Shown here: positions 1 to 11,864 of the stretch, piece after piece
Numbering within the stretch: position 1 is the stretch's first letter
Layout of the letters: every line of letters begins with the position of its first letter
Source: Thermodesulfobacteriota bacterium
GTDB taxonomy: Bacteria; Desulfobacterota_D; UBA1144; Nemesobacterales; JAJCZQ01
Length of the DNA: 64,000 bases
Assembly: GCA_965203965.1 (NCBI GenBank)
Contig: CBDBDR010000017.1
Span: 512,001 to 576,000, forward strand
Direction of reading: 5' to 3'
Made by a program: the position numbers and the translations under genes
Notes under the pieces: model-generated
The model's input: the letters and a program-made list of their open reading frames with translations, nothing else
The model's database searches: none
Told to the model about the DNA's origin: nothing

Positions 1-1
1 T

Positions 2-886
2 TGTGTAAGGCCAGTCAGATGGATAAAAGGAACTCCTAACCCAGTAAAAAATCCTGGAAAATTGGATGTGGTTATATTCAGAGAAAATACCGAGGATGTG
101 TATTCCGGGATTGAATGGGAGAGTGGCACAAAAGAAGCTGAAGACATAAGGAATTTTTTAGTAAACACCTATGGTGTAAGTATAAGAGAAAAATCAGGAA
201 TAGGAATTAAACCAATAAGCCCCTACGGAACAAAAAGACTGGTTAAAAAAGCTATTGAATATGCAATAGACTACGGTAGAAAAAGCGTCACACTCGTTCA
301 CAAAGGCAATATCATGAAGTTTACAGAAGGTGCTTTTAGAGAATGGGGGTATGAAATAGCTAAAGAGCAATTTGGCGATATTACTATTACCGAAGATGAA
401 CTATGGGATGAATTTAATGGGAAAATGCCCAAAGACAAAATACTTATAAAAGACAGAATTGCCGATAATATGTTTCAGCAGGTATTAACAAGACCTAATG
501 AATACGACATTGTTGCCATGCCCAACCTGAACGGTGATTACATGTCTGACGCCTGTGCTGCTCAGGTCGGAGGGTTAGGAGTTGCTCCTGGTGGAAATAT
601 TGGTGATTACCTTGCAGTCTTTGAGGCAACTCATGGTACCGCACCAAAATACGCCGGTCAGGATAAGGTCAACCCAGGGTCAGTAATACTTTCAGGAGTG
701 ATGATGTTTCAATACTTAGGGTGGAATGAAGCAGCCGACTTAACTGTCAATGCAATGGAACAAACAGTTCTCAATAAAACGGTAACTTATGACTTAGAAC
801 GTCAAATGGAAGGGGCAAAATTGCTTAAGTGCTCTGAATACGCGGAAGCTATAGTTGAAAATATGGATAATATTCCGAGCAATTAA
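2..886 (+). CDS. icd: NADP-dependent isocitrate dehydrogenase (5'-truncated by window edge)
   Basis: Frame open from position 2 ([10 protein letters not shown]...). Motifs [49 protein letters not shown]. First gene of a TCA cluster. Confidence 0.95.
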   Translation, partial: CVRPVRWIKGTPNPVKNPGKLDVVIFRENTEDVYSGIEWESGTKEAEDIRNFLVNTYGVSIREKSGIGIKPISPYGTKRLVKKAIEYAIDYGRKSVTLVHKGNIMKFTEGAFREWGYEIAKEQFGDITITEDELWDEFNGKMPKDKILIKDRIADNMFQQVLTRPNEYDIVAMPNLNGDYMSDACAAQVGGLGVAPGGNIGDYLAVFEATHGTAPKYAGQDKVNPGSVILSGVMMFQYLGWNEAADLTVNAMEQTVLNKTVTYDLERQMEGAKLLKCSEYAEAIVENMDNIPSN

Positions 887-938
887 CCTTTTTTTTGTTT
901 AGTCAAACAACAAAGAAGTTTATTCAGGAGATTAGCTA

Positions 939-1889
939 ATGAGTAGATATAAAATTTCAGTTATTGGGGCTGGGAATGTTGGTGCATCAGCCGCCTTTCA
1001 GGTCGCCAGCCGTGAACTAGCAGATGTTGTTTTAGTTGATATAGTGGAAGGTATGCCACAGGGAAAAGCACTTGATCTTCATCAGATGTGCCCAGTTCTC
1101 GGGTCGGACGTTGAATTTGTTGGGAGCAATGACTATGAAGCCACCGCTGATTCTGATGTAGTGATCATAACATCTGGTATTCCAAGAAAGCCGGGAATGA
1201 GCAGAGATGACCTGATTTCAACAAATACTAAAATTGTCAAGGAAGTTACTGAGAATGTTGCCAAAAAATCACCTGACTCCATTTTAATACTTGTTACAAA
1301 TCCTCTTGATGCAATGGTTTATGTTGCACACAAAACCAGTGGATTTCCAAAAAAAAGAGTGATGGGAATGGCAGGGGTACTGGACTCTGCAAGATTCAGG
1401 ACTTTTATAGCAATGGAATTGGGAGTATCTGTGGAAAATATACAGGCGTTTGTGTTAGGCGGACACGGAGACGACATGGTGCCACTTGCCAGATACACAA
1501 CAGTAGCGGGTATTCCTATTACCGAGTTAATGAATAAAGACACAATAGAATCAATAATTGATAGAACCAGAAAAGGCGGTGCAGAAATAGTTAGGCTTTT
1601 AAAAACTGGTAGCGCCTTCTACGCTCCCGGTATTTCAGCTGTCGAAATGGCAGAAGCTATACTGAAAGATAAAAAGAAAATTCTCCCGTGCTGCGTGCTT
1701 GCCAACGGTGAATACGGAATTGAAAATACGTTTGTTGGACTACCGGTCAAGCTCGGAAGAAGCGGCATTGAAGAGATAGTGCAAATAGACTTACAGAAAA
1801 AAGAAAACGAGGAATTACAAGTATCGGCAAGCCACGTCAGGGAGTTATGCAAATTGATTGATGATTCTGGATTGCTTTTTAATTACTAA
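939..1889 (+). CDS. mdh: Malate dehydrogenase (LDH-like)
   Basis: GAGNVG Rossmann motif, [30 protein letters not shown] upstream. Confidence 0.95.
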   Translation: MSRYKISVIGAGNVGASAAFQVASRELADVVLVDIVEGMPQGKALDLHQMCPVLGSDVEFVGSNDYEATADSDVVIITSGIPRKPGMSRDDLISTNTKIVKEVTENVAKKSPDSILILVTNPLDAMVYVAHKTSGFPKKRVMGMAGVLDSARFRTFIAMELGVSVENIQAFVLGGHGDDMVPLARYTTVAGIPITELMNKDTIESIIDRTRKGGAEIVRLLKTGSAFYAPGISAVEMAEAILKDKKKILPCCVLANGEYGIENTFVGLPVKLGRSGIEEIVQIDLQKKENEELQVSASHVRELCKLIDDSGLLFNY

Positions 1890-1974
1890 TCAGAATTTAT
1901 TAATAAAATTTATTAAATTTGATCTGCAATAAATTGTTATCATTTAATTATTTATCACTGACGGAGGAAACAAA

Positions 1975-2724
1975 ATGTCTAGTGCTACAACTCAAGACAC
2001 TTTAACTCAAAGAAGGGACGCATGGTGGGTAGAACCTTTGATTACTGCAACTGTACTGGGGGCATTTGGTATTTACTCAACGTGGAGAGCCTTGTCAAAC
2101 GTTGATTTCCAAACAGATTTCGCTACGTTTGGAGTTCATTATCTTTCTCCTTTTTACTCTCCGCTAATTCTTGCGGACTGGTGGCCCTTTTCACCTGCAA
2201 TATTGATATTGTGGGCACCCTTAGGATTCAGAGCAACCTGTTATTATTATAGGAAAGCCTATTACCGCTCTTTTTTTCTTTCTCCACCTGCTTGTGCAGT
2301 CAATCCACTTAAAAGAGATAACAATTACAAGGGGGAATCTGCTTTTCCATACATTTTGCAGAATGCACACAGGTTCTTCTTCTATGCCGCAACAGTGATA
2401 CTGGTATTTTTGTGGTATGATGCATTTTTGGCTTTCAAATTCAAAGACGGTATAGGAATTGGGGTTGGAACAATTGTTTTAACAATTAATGCGGTTTTAC
2501 TGACTTTTTATTCCCTATCGTGCCATTCATTTAGACATCTTATTGGTGGCAATCTGGATGTATTTTCACGTTGTCCCACCAGGTTTAGGCTTTGGGGAGC
2601 AGCAAGTGTGCTAAACGAAAAACATATGTTATACGCCTGGGCCAGTCTGGTTTTTGTTGCCTTGGCCGACCTATATGTAATGTTAGTTGCTAAAGGAACA
2701 ATTACGGATGTGAGGTTTATATAA
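1975..2724 (+). CDS. Succinate dehydrogenase membrane anchor subunit (mycobacterial Sdh1 / Rv0249c-like)
   Basis: Multiple TM segments; RRDAWW, YLSPFYSP, FRATCYYYRKAYYRSF..PPACAV and CHSFRH motifs; directly upstream of sdhA/sdhB. Confidence 0.8.
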   Translation: MSSATTQDTLTQRRDAWWVEPLITATVLGAFGIYSTWRALSNVDFQTDFATFGVHYLSPFYSPLILADWWPFSPAILILWAPLGFRATCYYYRKAYYRSFFLSPPACAVNPLKRDNNYKGESAFPYILQNAHRFFFYAATVILVFLWYDAFLAFKFKDGIGIGVGTIVLTINAVLLTFYSLSCHSFRHLIGGNLDVFSRCPTRFRLWGAASVLNEKHMLYAWASLVFVALADLYVMLVAKGTITDVRFI

Positions 2725-2728
2725 TACA

Positions 2729-4450
2729 ATGGAAAATTTTGAAACACATACATATGACGTGCTGGTAATTGGTGCTGGGGGTGCAGGTTTGAGAGCAGCG
2801 ATTGAAGCGTCGGCAAAAGGTGCATCTACGGGACTTGTATGCAAGTCATTATTGGGAAAAGCTCACACAGTTATGGCCGAAGGGGGAGTGGCAGCGGCTC
2901 TTGCAAATGTTGATATAAAAGATGACTGGAAAACTCACTTTAAAGACACAATGATGGGCGGAAAAATGCTCAATAACTGGAAGATGCCGTATAACCATGC
3001 ACACGAATCACCTGAACGTATTTATGAACTTGAGCAATGGGGTGCGGTTTTTGACAGAACTCCTGAAGGCAAAATAATGCAGAGAATTTTTGGAGGGCAT
3101 ACGTGGAAAAGACTCGCACACGTCGGAGACAGAACGGGTCTGGAAATGATAAGAACTCTACAAGATAAGGGGATACATTCAGGTATTGATGTTTACATGG
3201 AATGCACAATTACAAATATTGTCATGGATGGCGACAAAATAGCAGGAGCTTTTGGGTACTGGAGAGAAAGTGGAAAATTTGTTTTATTCAAGGCAAAAGC
3301 GGTAGTTCTTGCAACAGGAGGTATAGGCAAAGCATACAAAGTCACTTCAAATTCATGGGAATACACAGGTGACGGACATGCAATGGCTTATGAAGTGGGG
3401 GCTGACTTGATTGATATGGAATTTATCCAGTTTCACCCAACGGGAATGGTTTGGCCACCAAGCGTACAAGGTGTTTTAGTAACTGAAGCAGTAAGAGGAG
3501 AGGGTGGTTTATTGACAAATAAAGACGGGGAGAGATTTATGAAAAAATATGACCCCGATAGAATGGAGCTTTCAACTCGTGATGTTGTAGCTAGATCTAT
3601 CTACACGGAAGTTCAAGAAGGAAGAGGATCTTCACACGGAGGAGCATTTTTAGACATATCTCACAAAGGGGCTGATTATGTAAAAAAGAAGTTGCCGAGC
3701 ATGTATCATCAATTTAGAGAATTTGCCGATATAGATATAACAAAGGAGCCAATGGAAGTTTTTCCAACCACGCATTACATTATGGGAGGGGTTAGAGTAA
3801 ATGGTGATACTTGTGAAAGCAAAGTTAGAGGTTTGTTTGCATCAGGGGAGGTAGCTGGGGGAATGCACGGTGCTAATAGACTCGGAGGCAATTCACTGTC
3901 CGACCTTCTTGTATTTGGTAAAAGATCGGGTGAAGCTGCGGCCAATTTTGCAAATAGCAACAAAACTTCAATCTCAATACCTAAAGATCATATTGAAAAA
4001 TATATTAATGAGCTTTTAGAGCCTTTCAGCAATTCCAAGGGTGAAAATCCTTATACCATACATCAGGAACTTCAGGAAATAATGGGAGAGCATATAGGAG
4101 TATTCAGAATCGAAGATAATATGAAAAAAGGTGTAGAAGAGATTGAAAAACTTAAAGACCGTATAAAAAACCTAAAAATAGAGGGCTCAAGAATGTATAA
4201 CCCCGGTTGGCATCTTTGTGGAGATCTGAAATCAATGTTAATTATCTCGGAAGCAATTGCAAGATCTGCACTTCAACGTCAGGAAAGCCGTGGTGCTCAC
4301 AGCAGAGTTGACTTTAAAAAATCCGACGATGAAAAATGGGGGAAAATTAACTCCAGCGTTGTTATGGATGGAGAAAACATGAGTGTAAAAACATCACCCA
4401 TACCCGATATGCCTAATGACCTAAAAAATCTGTTCAAGGAGGTTAGTTAA
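2729..4450 (+). CDS. sdhA: Succinate dehydrogenase/fumarate reductase flavoprotein subunit
   Basis: GAGGAG FAD motif, AHTVMAEGG (covalent FAD His), QFHPTG, HGANRLGGNSL, ESRGAH. Confidence 0.93.
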   Translation: MENFETHTYDVLVIGAGGAGLRAAIEASAKGASTGLVCKSLLGKAHTVMAEGGVAAALANVDIKDDWKTHFKDTMMGGKMLNNWKMPYNHAHESPERIYELEQWGAVFDRTPEGKIMQRIFGGHTWKRLAHVGDRTGLEMIRTLQDKGIHSGIDVYMECTITNIVMDGDKIAGAFGYWRESGKFVLFKAKAVVLATGGIGKAYKVTSNSWEYTGDGHAMAYEVGADLIDMEFIQFHPTGMVWPPSVQGVLVTEAVRGEGGLLTNKDGERFMKKYDPDRMELSTRDVVARSIYTEVQEGRGSSHGGAFLDISHKGADYVKKKLPSMYHQFREFADIDITKEPMEVFPTTHYIMGGVRVNGDTCESKVRGLFASGEVAGGMHGANRLGGNSLSDLLVFGKRSGEAAANFANSNKTSISIPKDHIEKYINELLEPFSNSKGENPYTIHQELQEIMGEHIGVFRIEDNMKKGVEEIEKLKDRIKNLKIEGSRMYNPGWHLCGDLKSMLIISEAIARSALQRQESRGAHSRVDFKKSDDEKWGKINSSVVMDGENMSVKTSPIPDMPNDLKNLFKEVS

Positions 4451-4451
4451 A

Positions 4452-5183
4452 ATGTCGGAAGCGGTATTCAGAGTATTCAGGGGAAATGCAGAAGGAGGAG
4501 AAGAAAAAGATTACAGTGTGCCTGTAGATGAAGGAATGGTAGTTTTAGATGCTCTTCATTATATTCAGGCAAATTATGATCCCGATCTTGCAGTCAGATG
4601 GAATTGCAAGGCTGCCAAATGTGGTTCATGCAGCACGGAAATAAACGGAAAACCAAAACTGGCATGCAAGGCAAGAATAGACCACCTACCGAAGAATAAA
4701 CCAATTACAGTATATCCGATAAGGACATTCCCTGTGATTAAAGATTTGGTGACCGATGTGTCCTGGAATTATGAAGTAAATAAAAAAATACCACCTTTTA
4801 CACCGGTTACCGATAAACCATTCAAAATGTATCAGGAAGATGTGAATAGAATTCAGGAATTCAGAAAATGTATTGAATGCTTCATGTGCCAGAACGTATG
4901 TCATATACTGAGGGATCATGGAAGAAAAGATGCCTTTTTCGGCCCGAGATCCATGATCAAAATAGCCGAGAGAGCTATGCACCCAATGGAAAAAATAGAC
5001 AGGACAGAATTTTTGAAAAACGAAGCAGGTGTGGGATTTTGCAATATAACAAAATGTTGCACAGAAGTATGTCCGGAGGAAATACATATAACTGATAACG
5101 GCATAATCCCTCTTAAAGAAAGAGTAGCAGATAAATATTTTGACCCGTTAAGTTGGATTATCAAAAAAATTAAAGGTGAATAG
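4452..5183 (+). CDS. sdhB: Succinate dehydrogenase iron-sulfur subunit
   Basis: CKAAKCGSC..C (2Fe-2S), CIECFMCQNVC and CNITKCCTEVCP clusters. Confidence 0.93.
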   Translation: MSEAVFRVFRGNAEGGEEKDYSVPVDEGMVVLDALHYIQANYDPDLAVRWNCKAAKCGSCSTEINGKPKLACKARIDHLPKNKPITVYPIRTFPVIKDLVTDVSWNYEVNKKIPPFTPVTDKPFKMYQEDVNRIQEFRKCIECFMCQNVCHILRDHGRKDAFFGPRSMIKIAERAMHPMEKIDRTEFLKNEAGVGFCNITKCCTEVCPEEIHITDNGIIPLKERVADKYFDPLSWIIKKIKGE

Positions 5184-5216
5184 ATTACAGTTTTATAAGC
5201 TTGGAGGATAAGCAAT

Positions 5217-6380
5217 TTGAATATTCATGAATATCAGGCAAAAGAGTTGTTCCGCTCTTACAATATAAATGTGCCAGTTGGAAAGGTAGCATTCACAGCC
5301 GAAGAAGCAAAGCGGATTAGTGAGGATCTGAATACTGACAAATTAGTCATTAAAGCTCAGATACACTCAGGGGGAAGAGGAAAAGGTGGGGGTATAAGAG
5401 TTGCAAATTCACCCGAAGACACTGATAGAATAACCTCTGATATGCTTGGGATGAGACTTATAACTCACCAGACGAGTGCAGAGGGAAAACTTGTAAGTAA
5501 GGTATTAATTGAAGAAGCATCAGACATTGAAAAGGAGTTTTATCTGGGAATCGTGATTGACAGATCAAAAGAGCAAATAGTAATCATGGCAAGTCCCGAG
5601 GGTGGAACTGAGATTGAAGAGGTAGCACAAAAAACACCTGAAAAAATAATCAAGGTTTATACATATCCGTCAATTGGTATTCAGCCCTATCAATGCAGAA
5701 AAATTGCATATTTTTTGGGAATAGAAGGCAAAGTTGTCAATAAGATTGTTCCTCTTATTACAGGACTTTATAATCTGTTTATTGAAAAGGACTGTTCCCT
5801 GGCCGAGATCAACCCTCTTGTTTTAACAAATAATAAAGCATTGTTGGCTCTAGATGGAAAGCTAAACTTTGATGATAATGCAATATTTAGACATAAAGAT
5901 ATTGCAGATCTAAACGATACTTCCGAAGAAAATGAACTGGAATCTGAAGCAAAAGAGATGGGCATCAGTTTTGTAAAACTGGAAGGAAATATAGGGTGTC
6001 TTGTAAATGGGGCAGGACTTGCAATGGCAACAATGGACGTTATTAAACTGCACGGAGGCGAACCAGCTAATTTTCTGGACGTTGGCGGTGGTGCAAATAA
6101 AGAGCAAGTAACCAAGGCTTTTAAGATGATTTTAAGCGATAAGAACGTGAAGGCTATATTTGTAAACATATTCGGAGGCATTATGAAATGCGATACCATA
6201 GCAGAAGGCATAATATCAGCGGCTCATGAGGTGTCCATTAAAGTACCCCTTATTGTCAGGCTTGAGGGAACAAATGTTGATAAGGGAAAAGAATTGCTTT
6301 CAAACTCTGGATTAAATATAAAAACAGGGATCAATATGAAAGACGCCGCTCAAAAAGCAGTTCAAGCTGCAAACGTTTAA
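5217..6380 (+). CDS. sucC: Succinyl-CoA ligase beta subunit
   Basis: [45 protein letters not shown] start after GGAGG. Confidence 0.95.
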   Translation: MNIHEYQAKELFRSYNINVPVGKVAFTAEEAKRISEDLNTDKLVIKAQIHSGGRGKGGGIRVANSPEDTDRITSDMLGMRLITHQTSAEGKLVSKVLIEEASDIEKEFYLGIVIDRSKEQIVIMASPEGGTEIEEVAQKTPEKIIKVYTYPSIGIQPYQCRKIAYFLGIEGKVVNKIVPLITGLYNLFIEKDCSLAEINPLVLTNNKALLALDGKLNFDDNAIFRHKDIADLNDTSEENELESEAKEMGISFVKLEGNIGCLVNGAGLAMATMDVIKLHGGEPANFLDVGGGANKEQVTKAFKMILSDKNVKAIFVNIFGGIMKCDTIAEGIISAAHEVSIKVPLIVRLEGTNVDKGKELLSNSGLNIKTGINMKDAAQKAVQAANV

Positions 6381-6399
6381 CTCTCCCTGTTTATCGCCC

Positions 6400-6428
6400 T
6401 TGACAATTTCACTCGTGATACTTATTTT
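6400..6428 (+). promoter_or_regulatory. Putative sigma70-type promoter of the rpoH-dnaK cluster
   Basis: TTGACA (6400-6405), 17 bp spacer, TATTTT (6423-6428), followed by GGAGG. Confidence 0.45.
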
Positions 6429-6452
6429 GTGAATCTGGAGGGTTGTATAAAT

Positions 6453-7298
6453 ATGAAGGCATTAGAATTAAATACACCTTATAAGACATTTTTGAAAGAA
6501 GTGGAAAGTTATCCACTTTTATCTAGAGAAGAAGAACACGAACTTGCAGTAAAATACTATGAGAAAAATGATCTAAATGCAGTTAACAGGCTTGTTTTAT
6601 CTAATTTGAGGTTTGTTATTAAAGTTGCTGGAGAATACAAGTCGTATGGGTTTCCGCTCATGGATCTAATACAGGAAGGAACCATAGGATTAATGTATGC
6701 GGTAAAAAAGTTCAATCCTTATAAAGGTTACAAGTTAATAAGTTACGCAGTTTGGTCTATAAGGGCGAGGATACATGATCATATTATGAAATCTTGGAGT
6801 GCAGTGAAGATAGGAACAACTCAGGCACAGAGAAAGTTGTTCCAGAAGATAAGTAACGCAAAAAGAAAATTAAAGATATATTCTGATACTTTGAGTGAGG
6901 GTGATACTTCAAAACTTGCAGGTCATTTTGGAGTGAAAGAAAAAGATGTTGTTGAAATGGAATTACGGTACAAGTCCAGGGATTTTTCACTCAATCAAAA
7001 CAGTGAAGAAGACAGTTCTAAGAACTATATTGAGATTCTTGAGGATGAAAATCCGAATCAAGAATTATTGGTTTCAGAGATTGAGTTTAGATCATTAGCA
7101 CAAGAGGGAATTGAAAGAGGCATGCAAAAGTTGAATGACAGGGAGAGAAAAATAATAAATGAAAGATTTCTTTCAGAAAACCCCAAGAAACTTCATATGC
7201 TCGGTAGCGAACTGGGTATATCTAGGGAAAGAGTAAGGCAAATTGAGGGGGTTGCTCTAAGAAAACTAAAAAGATCGATAAAGACGATAGCCAATTAG
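6453..7298 (+). CDS. rpoH: RNA polymerase sigma factor, RpoH/sigma-32 family
   Basis: [26 protein letters not shown], RpoH-box-like [31 protein letters not shown] 6453 preferred over GTG 6429. Precedes dnaK. Confidence 0.85.
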   Translation: MKALELNTPYKTFLKEVESYPLLSREEEHELAVKYYEKNDLNAVNRLVLSNLRFVIKVAGEYKSYGFPLMDLIQEGTIGLMYAVKKFNPYKGYKLISYAVWSIRARIHDHIMKSWSAVKIGTTQAQRKLFQKISNAKRKLKIYSDTLSEGDTSKLAGHFGVKEKDVVEMELRYKSRDFSLNQNSEEDSSKNYIEILEDENPNQELLVSEIEFRSLAQEGIERGMQKLNDRERKIINERFLSENPKKLHMLGSELGISRERVRQIEGVALRKLKRSIKTIAN

Positions 7299-7317
7299 GC
7301 TTTCAGGAGGTTTATTA

Positions 7318-9234
7318 ATGGCAATTTCAAAAATAATTGGGATAGATTTAGGCACCACGAACTCATGTGTAGCTGTAGTTGAAGGAGGTGAGCCAAAGAT
7401 CATAATAAATGAAGAAGGACACAGAACTACTCCATCAATAGTTGCATTTGGTAAAGACAAAGAAGTTATAGTAGGTGGACCGGCAAAGAGGCAGGCTGTA
7501 ATTAATTCAACAAGCACAATATATTCAAACAAGAGATTGATGGGAATGAGATTTGAAGAGGTAGAAAAAGAAATTAAAACTCTACCCTACAACGTTGTAA
7601 AATCCTCAAATGGTGATGCTTGGATTGAGGTTGAAAATGAACAATATTCACCGCCACAGATCTCTTCTCATATTCTGGCAAAACTGAAGAAAGCTGCAGA
7701 AGATTACCTTGGAACAGAAGCAAAAGAGGCCGTGGTAACAGTGCCAGCGTATTTTAACGACAGTCAAAGACAAGCAACCAAAGATGCAGGGAAAATAGCA
7801 GGGTTAGAGATTAAAAGGATCATTAATGAACCTACTGCCGCGGCTCTTTCTTATGGGTTTGATAAGAAGAATGAAGGAATAATAGCCGTTTATGATCTAG
7901 GGGGAGGGACTTTTGATATTTCCATACTTGAAGTTGGTGATAACGTGATTGAAGTGAAATCCACTAACGGGGATACACATTTGGGTGGTGATGATTTCGA
8001 CAATAGGATCATTGAGTATATAACAAGTGAATTCAAAAAAGATTCAGGCATTGATTTGAGTAATGACAAGATGGCTATTCAAAGGCTTAGAGAAGCTGCA
8101 GAAAAAGCCAAAATAGAGCTTTCAACTACTCTGGAAACTGAGATAAACTTACCCTTTATAACGGCAGATGCCTCTGGTCCCAAGCATTTGGTTTTAAAGA
8201 TAACCTGTTCAAAATTTGAACAATTAACCAAAGATCTGGTCAAAGGAACTCTTGGTCCATGTAAGCAGGCTTTAAAAGACGCAGGTCTAAAAGCCTCAGA
8301 TATCTCCGAAGTGATATTAGTCGGGGGGTCTACGAGGATACCGCTTGTTCAGAACGTTGTTACAGAGTTTTTCGGAAAAGAACCACACAAGGGTATAAAT
8401 CCTGATGAAGTTGTGGCAATGGGTGCAGCAATTCAAGGAGCCGTTCTCGGTGGAGAAGTGAGGGATGTGTTACTTCTTGATGTGACTCCTTTATCATTGG
8501 GTATTGAAACTCTGGGTGGGGTAATGACGACCATTATTTCCAGAAATACAACAATCCCTACCAAGAAAAGCCAAGTGTTCACAACAGCAGAGGACAATCA
8601 GACGGCAGTTGATATTCATGTCCTTCAAGGTGAGCGACAGATGGCTTCGGACAACAGGACTCTGGCAAAGTTTATTCTTGATGGCATCCCATCGGCATCA
8701 CGAGGGATACCTCAGATTGAAGTAGCATTTGATATTGATGCTGATGGAATATTGCACGTTCACGCTAAGGATACGGCAACAGGTAAAGAACAGAAAGTGA
8801 AAGTTGAAGCATCAAGCGGATTATCTAAAGAAGAAGTAGATAAAATGGTAGAAGAGGCCGAATCGAGATCTAAGGATGATAAGAAGAGATATGAAGCAGT
8901 TGAAAAAAGGAACAAACTGGATGAAATGATCTATAGGACTGAGAAGAATTTTAAGGATATGGGAGACAAACTCTCTGACGAAGAAAAGAAAGAGCTTGAA
9001 GATGCTCTTGAAGATGGAAAGGCAAATCTTCAATCTGGTGATATAGATAAAATTGACAGATCAATAGAGAGAATCACTAAAGCATCGCATAAATTAGCTG
9101 AGATCATGTATAAGCAACAAGCAGAGCCTCAATCTGAAAATACTGCAGACCAACAACAGCAGGTAAATAAAGAAAATGTGGAAGAAGATAAAGGCGATGA
9201 TGTAATAGATGCTGAATTTACGGAAAACAAATAA
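7318..9234 (+). CDS. dnaK: Chaperone DnaK (canonical)
   Basis: [38 protein letters not shown]-terminal DVIDAEF. Confidence 0.97.
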   Translation: MAISKIIGIDLGTTNSCVAVVEGGEPKIIINEEGHRTTPSIVAFGKDKEVIVGGPAKRQAVINSTSTIYSNKRLMGMRFEEVEKEIKTLPYNVVKSSNGDAWIEVENEQYSPPQISSHILAKLKKAAEDYLGTEAKEAVVTVPAYFNDSQRQATKDAGKIAGLEIKRIINEPTAAALSYGFDKKNEGIIAVYDLGGGTFDISILEVGDNVIEVKSTNGDTHLGGDDFDNRIIEYITSEFKKDSGIDLSNDKMAIQRLREAAEKAKIELSTTLETEINLPFITADASGPKHLVLKITCSKFEQLTKDLVKGTLGPCKQALKDAGLKASDISEVILVGGSTRIPLVQNVVTEFFGKEPHKGINPDEVVAMGAAIQGAVLGGEVRDVLLLDVTPLSLGIETLGGVMTTIISRNTTIPTKKSQVFTTAEDNQTAVDIHVLQGERQMASDNRTLAKFILDGIPSASRGIPQIEVAFDIDADGILHVHAKDTATGKEQKVKVEASSGLSKEEVDKMVEEAESRSKDDKKRYEAVEKRNKLDEMIYRTEKNFKDMGDKLSDEEKKELEDALEDGKANLQSGDIDKIDRSIERITKASHKLAEIMYKQQAEPQSENTADQQQQVNKENVEEDKGDDVIDAEFTENK

Positions 9235-9396
9235 TATCCTTCCAAAAAGTTAAAAAAGTTCATGAATACCAATTTTCAAGGTTTTATTGCACCGTTCTAA
9301 TATTTGACAAAGATTGAAAACACTGCCTTAAATTGTTATCATGACAGCTTATTAATTATATTATGGCACATAATCGTAATGGTTTTAGGAGAAAAA

Positions 9397-9948
9397 ATGA
9401 CTACTGACAACAGCAAAGAAGAAAAAATACCAAACGAAAATAACGATGAACATGAAGCCTTGAATAACCGTTTTATGAGGCTTGCAGCAGACTTTGATAA
9501 CTATAAAAAACGTGTATTAAAGGAAAAAGAAGATATTTCCAAGTATGGTAATGAAAAACTTATAAAGGAATTGCTGACTGTATTGGATAATCTTCAGCTT
9601 GCAGTGGATTATTTTGACCCCAAGGGAGATGTAAATTCTCTGGTTGAAGGTGTGAAATTGGTGCAAAATCAATTGGAAACAACTCTTCAAAAGTTTGGAT
9701 TAATCCAAGTTAACGCACAAAAAGGAACTCAATTTGATCCAATGTTGCATCAGGCAGTTGAAAAAATTAAAAAAAACAAAACAAAACCAGATATGATCCT
9801 TAATGAACTGGTCAAAGGTTATATACTGAATGAAAGATTAATAAGGCCGGCAGCTGTAGTTGTATCAACCAGTGCTATTGGATCAGAAAGTAGTAATGTC
9901 AATAAAGGTAAAAGCAAAAAAGGTCGGAAAAAAACAGATCAAAAATAG
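9397..9948 (+). CDS. grpE: Nucleotide exchange factor GrpE
   Basis: RLAADFDNYKKR, FDPMLHQAV, KGYILNERLIRPAAVVV; ATG 9397 follows AGGAG (the track's TTG 9304 start is unlikely). Confidence 0.93.
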   Translation: MTTDNSKEEKIPNENNDEHEALNNRFMRLAADFDNYKKRVLKEKEDISKYGNEKLIKELLTVLDNLQLAVDYFDPKGDVNSLVEGVKLVQNQLETTLQKFGLIQVNAQKGTQFDPMLHQAVEKIKKNKTKPDMILNELVKGYILNERLIRPAAVVVSTSAIGSESSNVNKGKSKKGRKKTDQK

Positions 9949-9951
9949 CTT

Positions 9952-11826
9952 ATGGCAACTATTGGAATAGATTTAGGGACAACCAATTCATGTGTATCAA
10001 TTATGCAAGGGGGTGAGCCGTTTGTAATCCCCAATGAAGAAGGAAGTACAACAACTCCCTCCGTTGTTGCATTTACCAAAGATGGGGAGAAAATTGTTGG
10101 TGCAGCTGCCAAAAGGCAGTTGGTGGTAAACTTAACAAGTACCTTTTTTGCAGTAAAAAGAATTATAGGAAGAAAAATAGATTCAGATAGTATCAAAAAT
10201 TTTTTAGAATTTTCTTCATTCCCTATAGTTCCAGATAATAGAAACAATGCCTGCGTAAAAGTGAATGAAAGAGTCTACAGTATGCAGGAAATATCATCAT
10301 TTGTACTTACAAAGATTAAAAGTATAGCAGAGCAATATTTAGACCAAACCGTACAAGATGCAGTAATAACAGTACCCGCTCACTTTAACAATATACAAAG
10401 AAGTGCAACGCGAGACGCCGGAATTATATCAGGACTAAATGTCGTTAGAATCATCAATGAACCTACTGCAGCGGCTCTTGCTTATGGTTATGACAAAGAA
10501 AGCAAAGGAACATTAGCAGTTTATGATTTAGGTGGGAGCACTTTTGATATATCTATACTCAGAGTTGAAGATGGTGTCTTTAGAGTTCTATCCACAAATG
10601 GAGATAACTACCTTGGCGGTTATGACTTTGATCTGAAACTATTGGAATACGTAATCAAAGACTTTCAGGATGAGTACGGTATTGATCTTAAAGAGGACAA
10701 AGTAGCATTACAAAAAGTTAACCTTGAATGTGAAAAGGCAAAACATGAACTTTCTTCAGTTGATGAAACGGAAATAAGAGTGAATTTCATTGCAGTAGAT
10801 AAATCTGGTCCAAAACATCTTAATTTAAAGATAAACAGAACCAAACTTGAAGAGTTGACTGGAGATCTGGTTGAGAAAACAGCACCCCCTTGCATACAGG
10901 CGATACAGGATTCTGGACTAACAATTGAAGAGATTGATCATGTAGTTCTCGTAGGTGGTATGACGCGCATGCCTCTGATAAGAAAAAAAGTCGAAGAAAT
11001 ATTTGGCAAGTATTCTGACACTAACATGAATCCTGAAGAAGCAGTAGCGATCGGGGCAGCTATTCAGGGAAATATTCTTGAACTTAACACAAATAAAACT
11101 ATTTTACATGACATCACACCACTATCGCTTGGAGTTGAAACAAAGAATGGGATCTTTACAAAAATTATTAAAAAAAATACACCTATACCGATTGAAAAAA
11201 AGCTGACATTTACTACTACTAAGGATAATCAAAGCGTTGTAAACATCCACATCCTACAAGGTGAAAGAGAAATGGCAGATGACAATACTTCTCTTGCAAA
11301 ATTTAGTCTTTTAGATATTCCTCCTGAATTAAGAGGTGTTCCTGAGATTGAAGTCAACTTTAGTTTGGATAATAACTGTATTTTACAAGTTTCCGCTCGT
11401 GATCTTAAGACTGGCAACATGCAAGAGATGAACGTTGAAGATTCGACTAGTTTAAGTAGTAAAGAACTGGTAAAATTGATAAAAGAAAGTGAAGACAATA
11501 TGAAACTTGATAAGCAGAAGAAAAAAATAGCCTCATTAAGGAATAAGGCAGACAACTCAATTTACTCTATGAATAAATTATTGGAAAAATTAACACAGAG
11601 TCAGCGTGAAGTAGATATTAAACTTGAATCAGACATGCAAATAAAACTAAAAGATTTGGAAAAAACATTAGACGGAGAAGATCATAAATTAATTGATACC
11701 GCTTTATTATCTTTTAATGAAGCACTTCACAAATTTTCTGAGTCAATTTTTAAACCTCATAGAAAATCTGAACCTGAATTCAAGTCTAAATCCGTTGAAA
11801 AATCTGACCCAACAGAGCTACATTAA
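9952..11826 (+). CDS. Second, divergent Hsp70/DnaK-family chaperone
   Basis: [32 protein letters not shown]; full ATPase and substrate-binding domains. Confidence 0.9.
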   Translation: MATIGIDLGTTNSCVSIMQGGEPFVIPNEEGSTTTPSVVAFTKDGEKIVGAAAKRQLVVNLTSTFFAVKRIIGRKIDSDSIKNFLEFSSFPIVPDNRNNACVKVNERVYSMQEISSFVLTKIKSIAEQYLDQTVQDAVITVPAHFNNIQRSATRDAGIISGLNVVRIINEPTAAALAYGYDKESKGTLAVYDLGGSTFDISILRVEDGVFRVLSTNGDNYLGGYDFDLKLLEYVIKDFQDEYGIDLKEDKVALQKVNLECEKAKHELSSVDETEIRVNFIAVDKSGPKHLNLKINRTKLEELTGDLVEKTAPPCIQAIQDSGLTIEEIDHVVLVGGMTRMPLIRKKVEEIFGKYSDTNMNPEEAVAIGAAIQGNILELNTNKTILHDITPLSLGVETKNGIFTKIIKKNTPIPIEKKLTFTTTKDNQSVVNIHILQGEREMADDNTSLAKFSLLDIPPELRGVPEIEVNFSLDNNCILQVSARDLKTGNMQEMNVEDSTSLSSKELVKLIKESEDNMKLDKQKKKIASLRNKADNSIYSMNKLLEKLTQSQREVDIKLESDMQIKLKDLEKTLDGEDHKLIDTALLSFNEALHKFSESIFKPHRKSEPEFKSKSVEKSDPTELH

Positions 11827-11864
11827 TCTTAAAGGGCTTCAAATGAGAATACCCGGAGATTTTT

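Noticed and set aside
6380..9400. CIRCE or sigma-32 promoter elements upstream of rpoH, dnaK or grpE
   Set aside because: No TTAGCACTC-N9-GAGTGCTAA or convincing CTTGAA...CCCCAT match seen by eye
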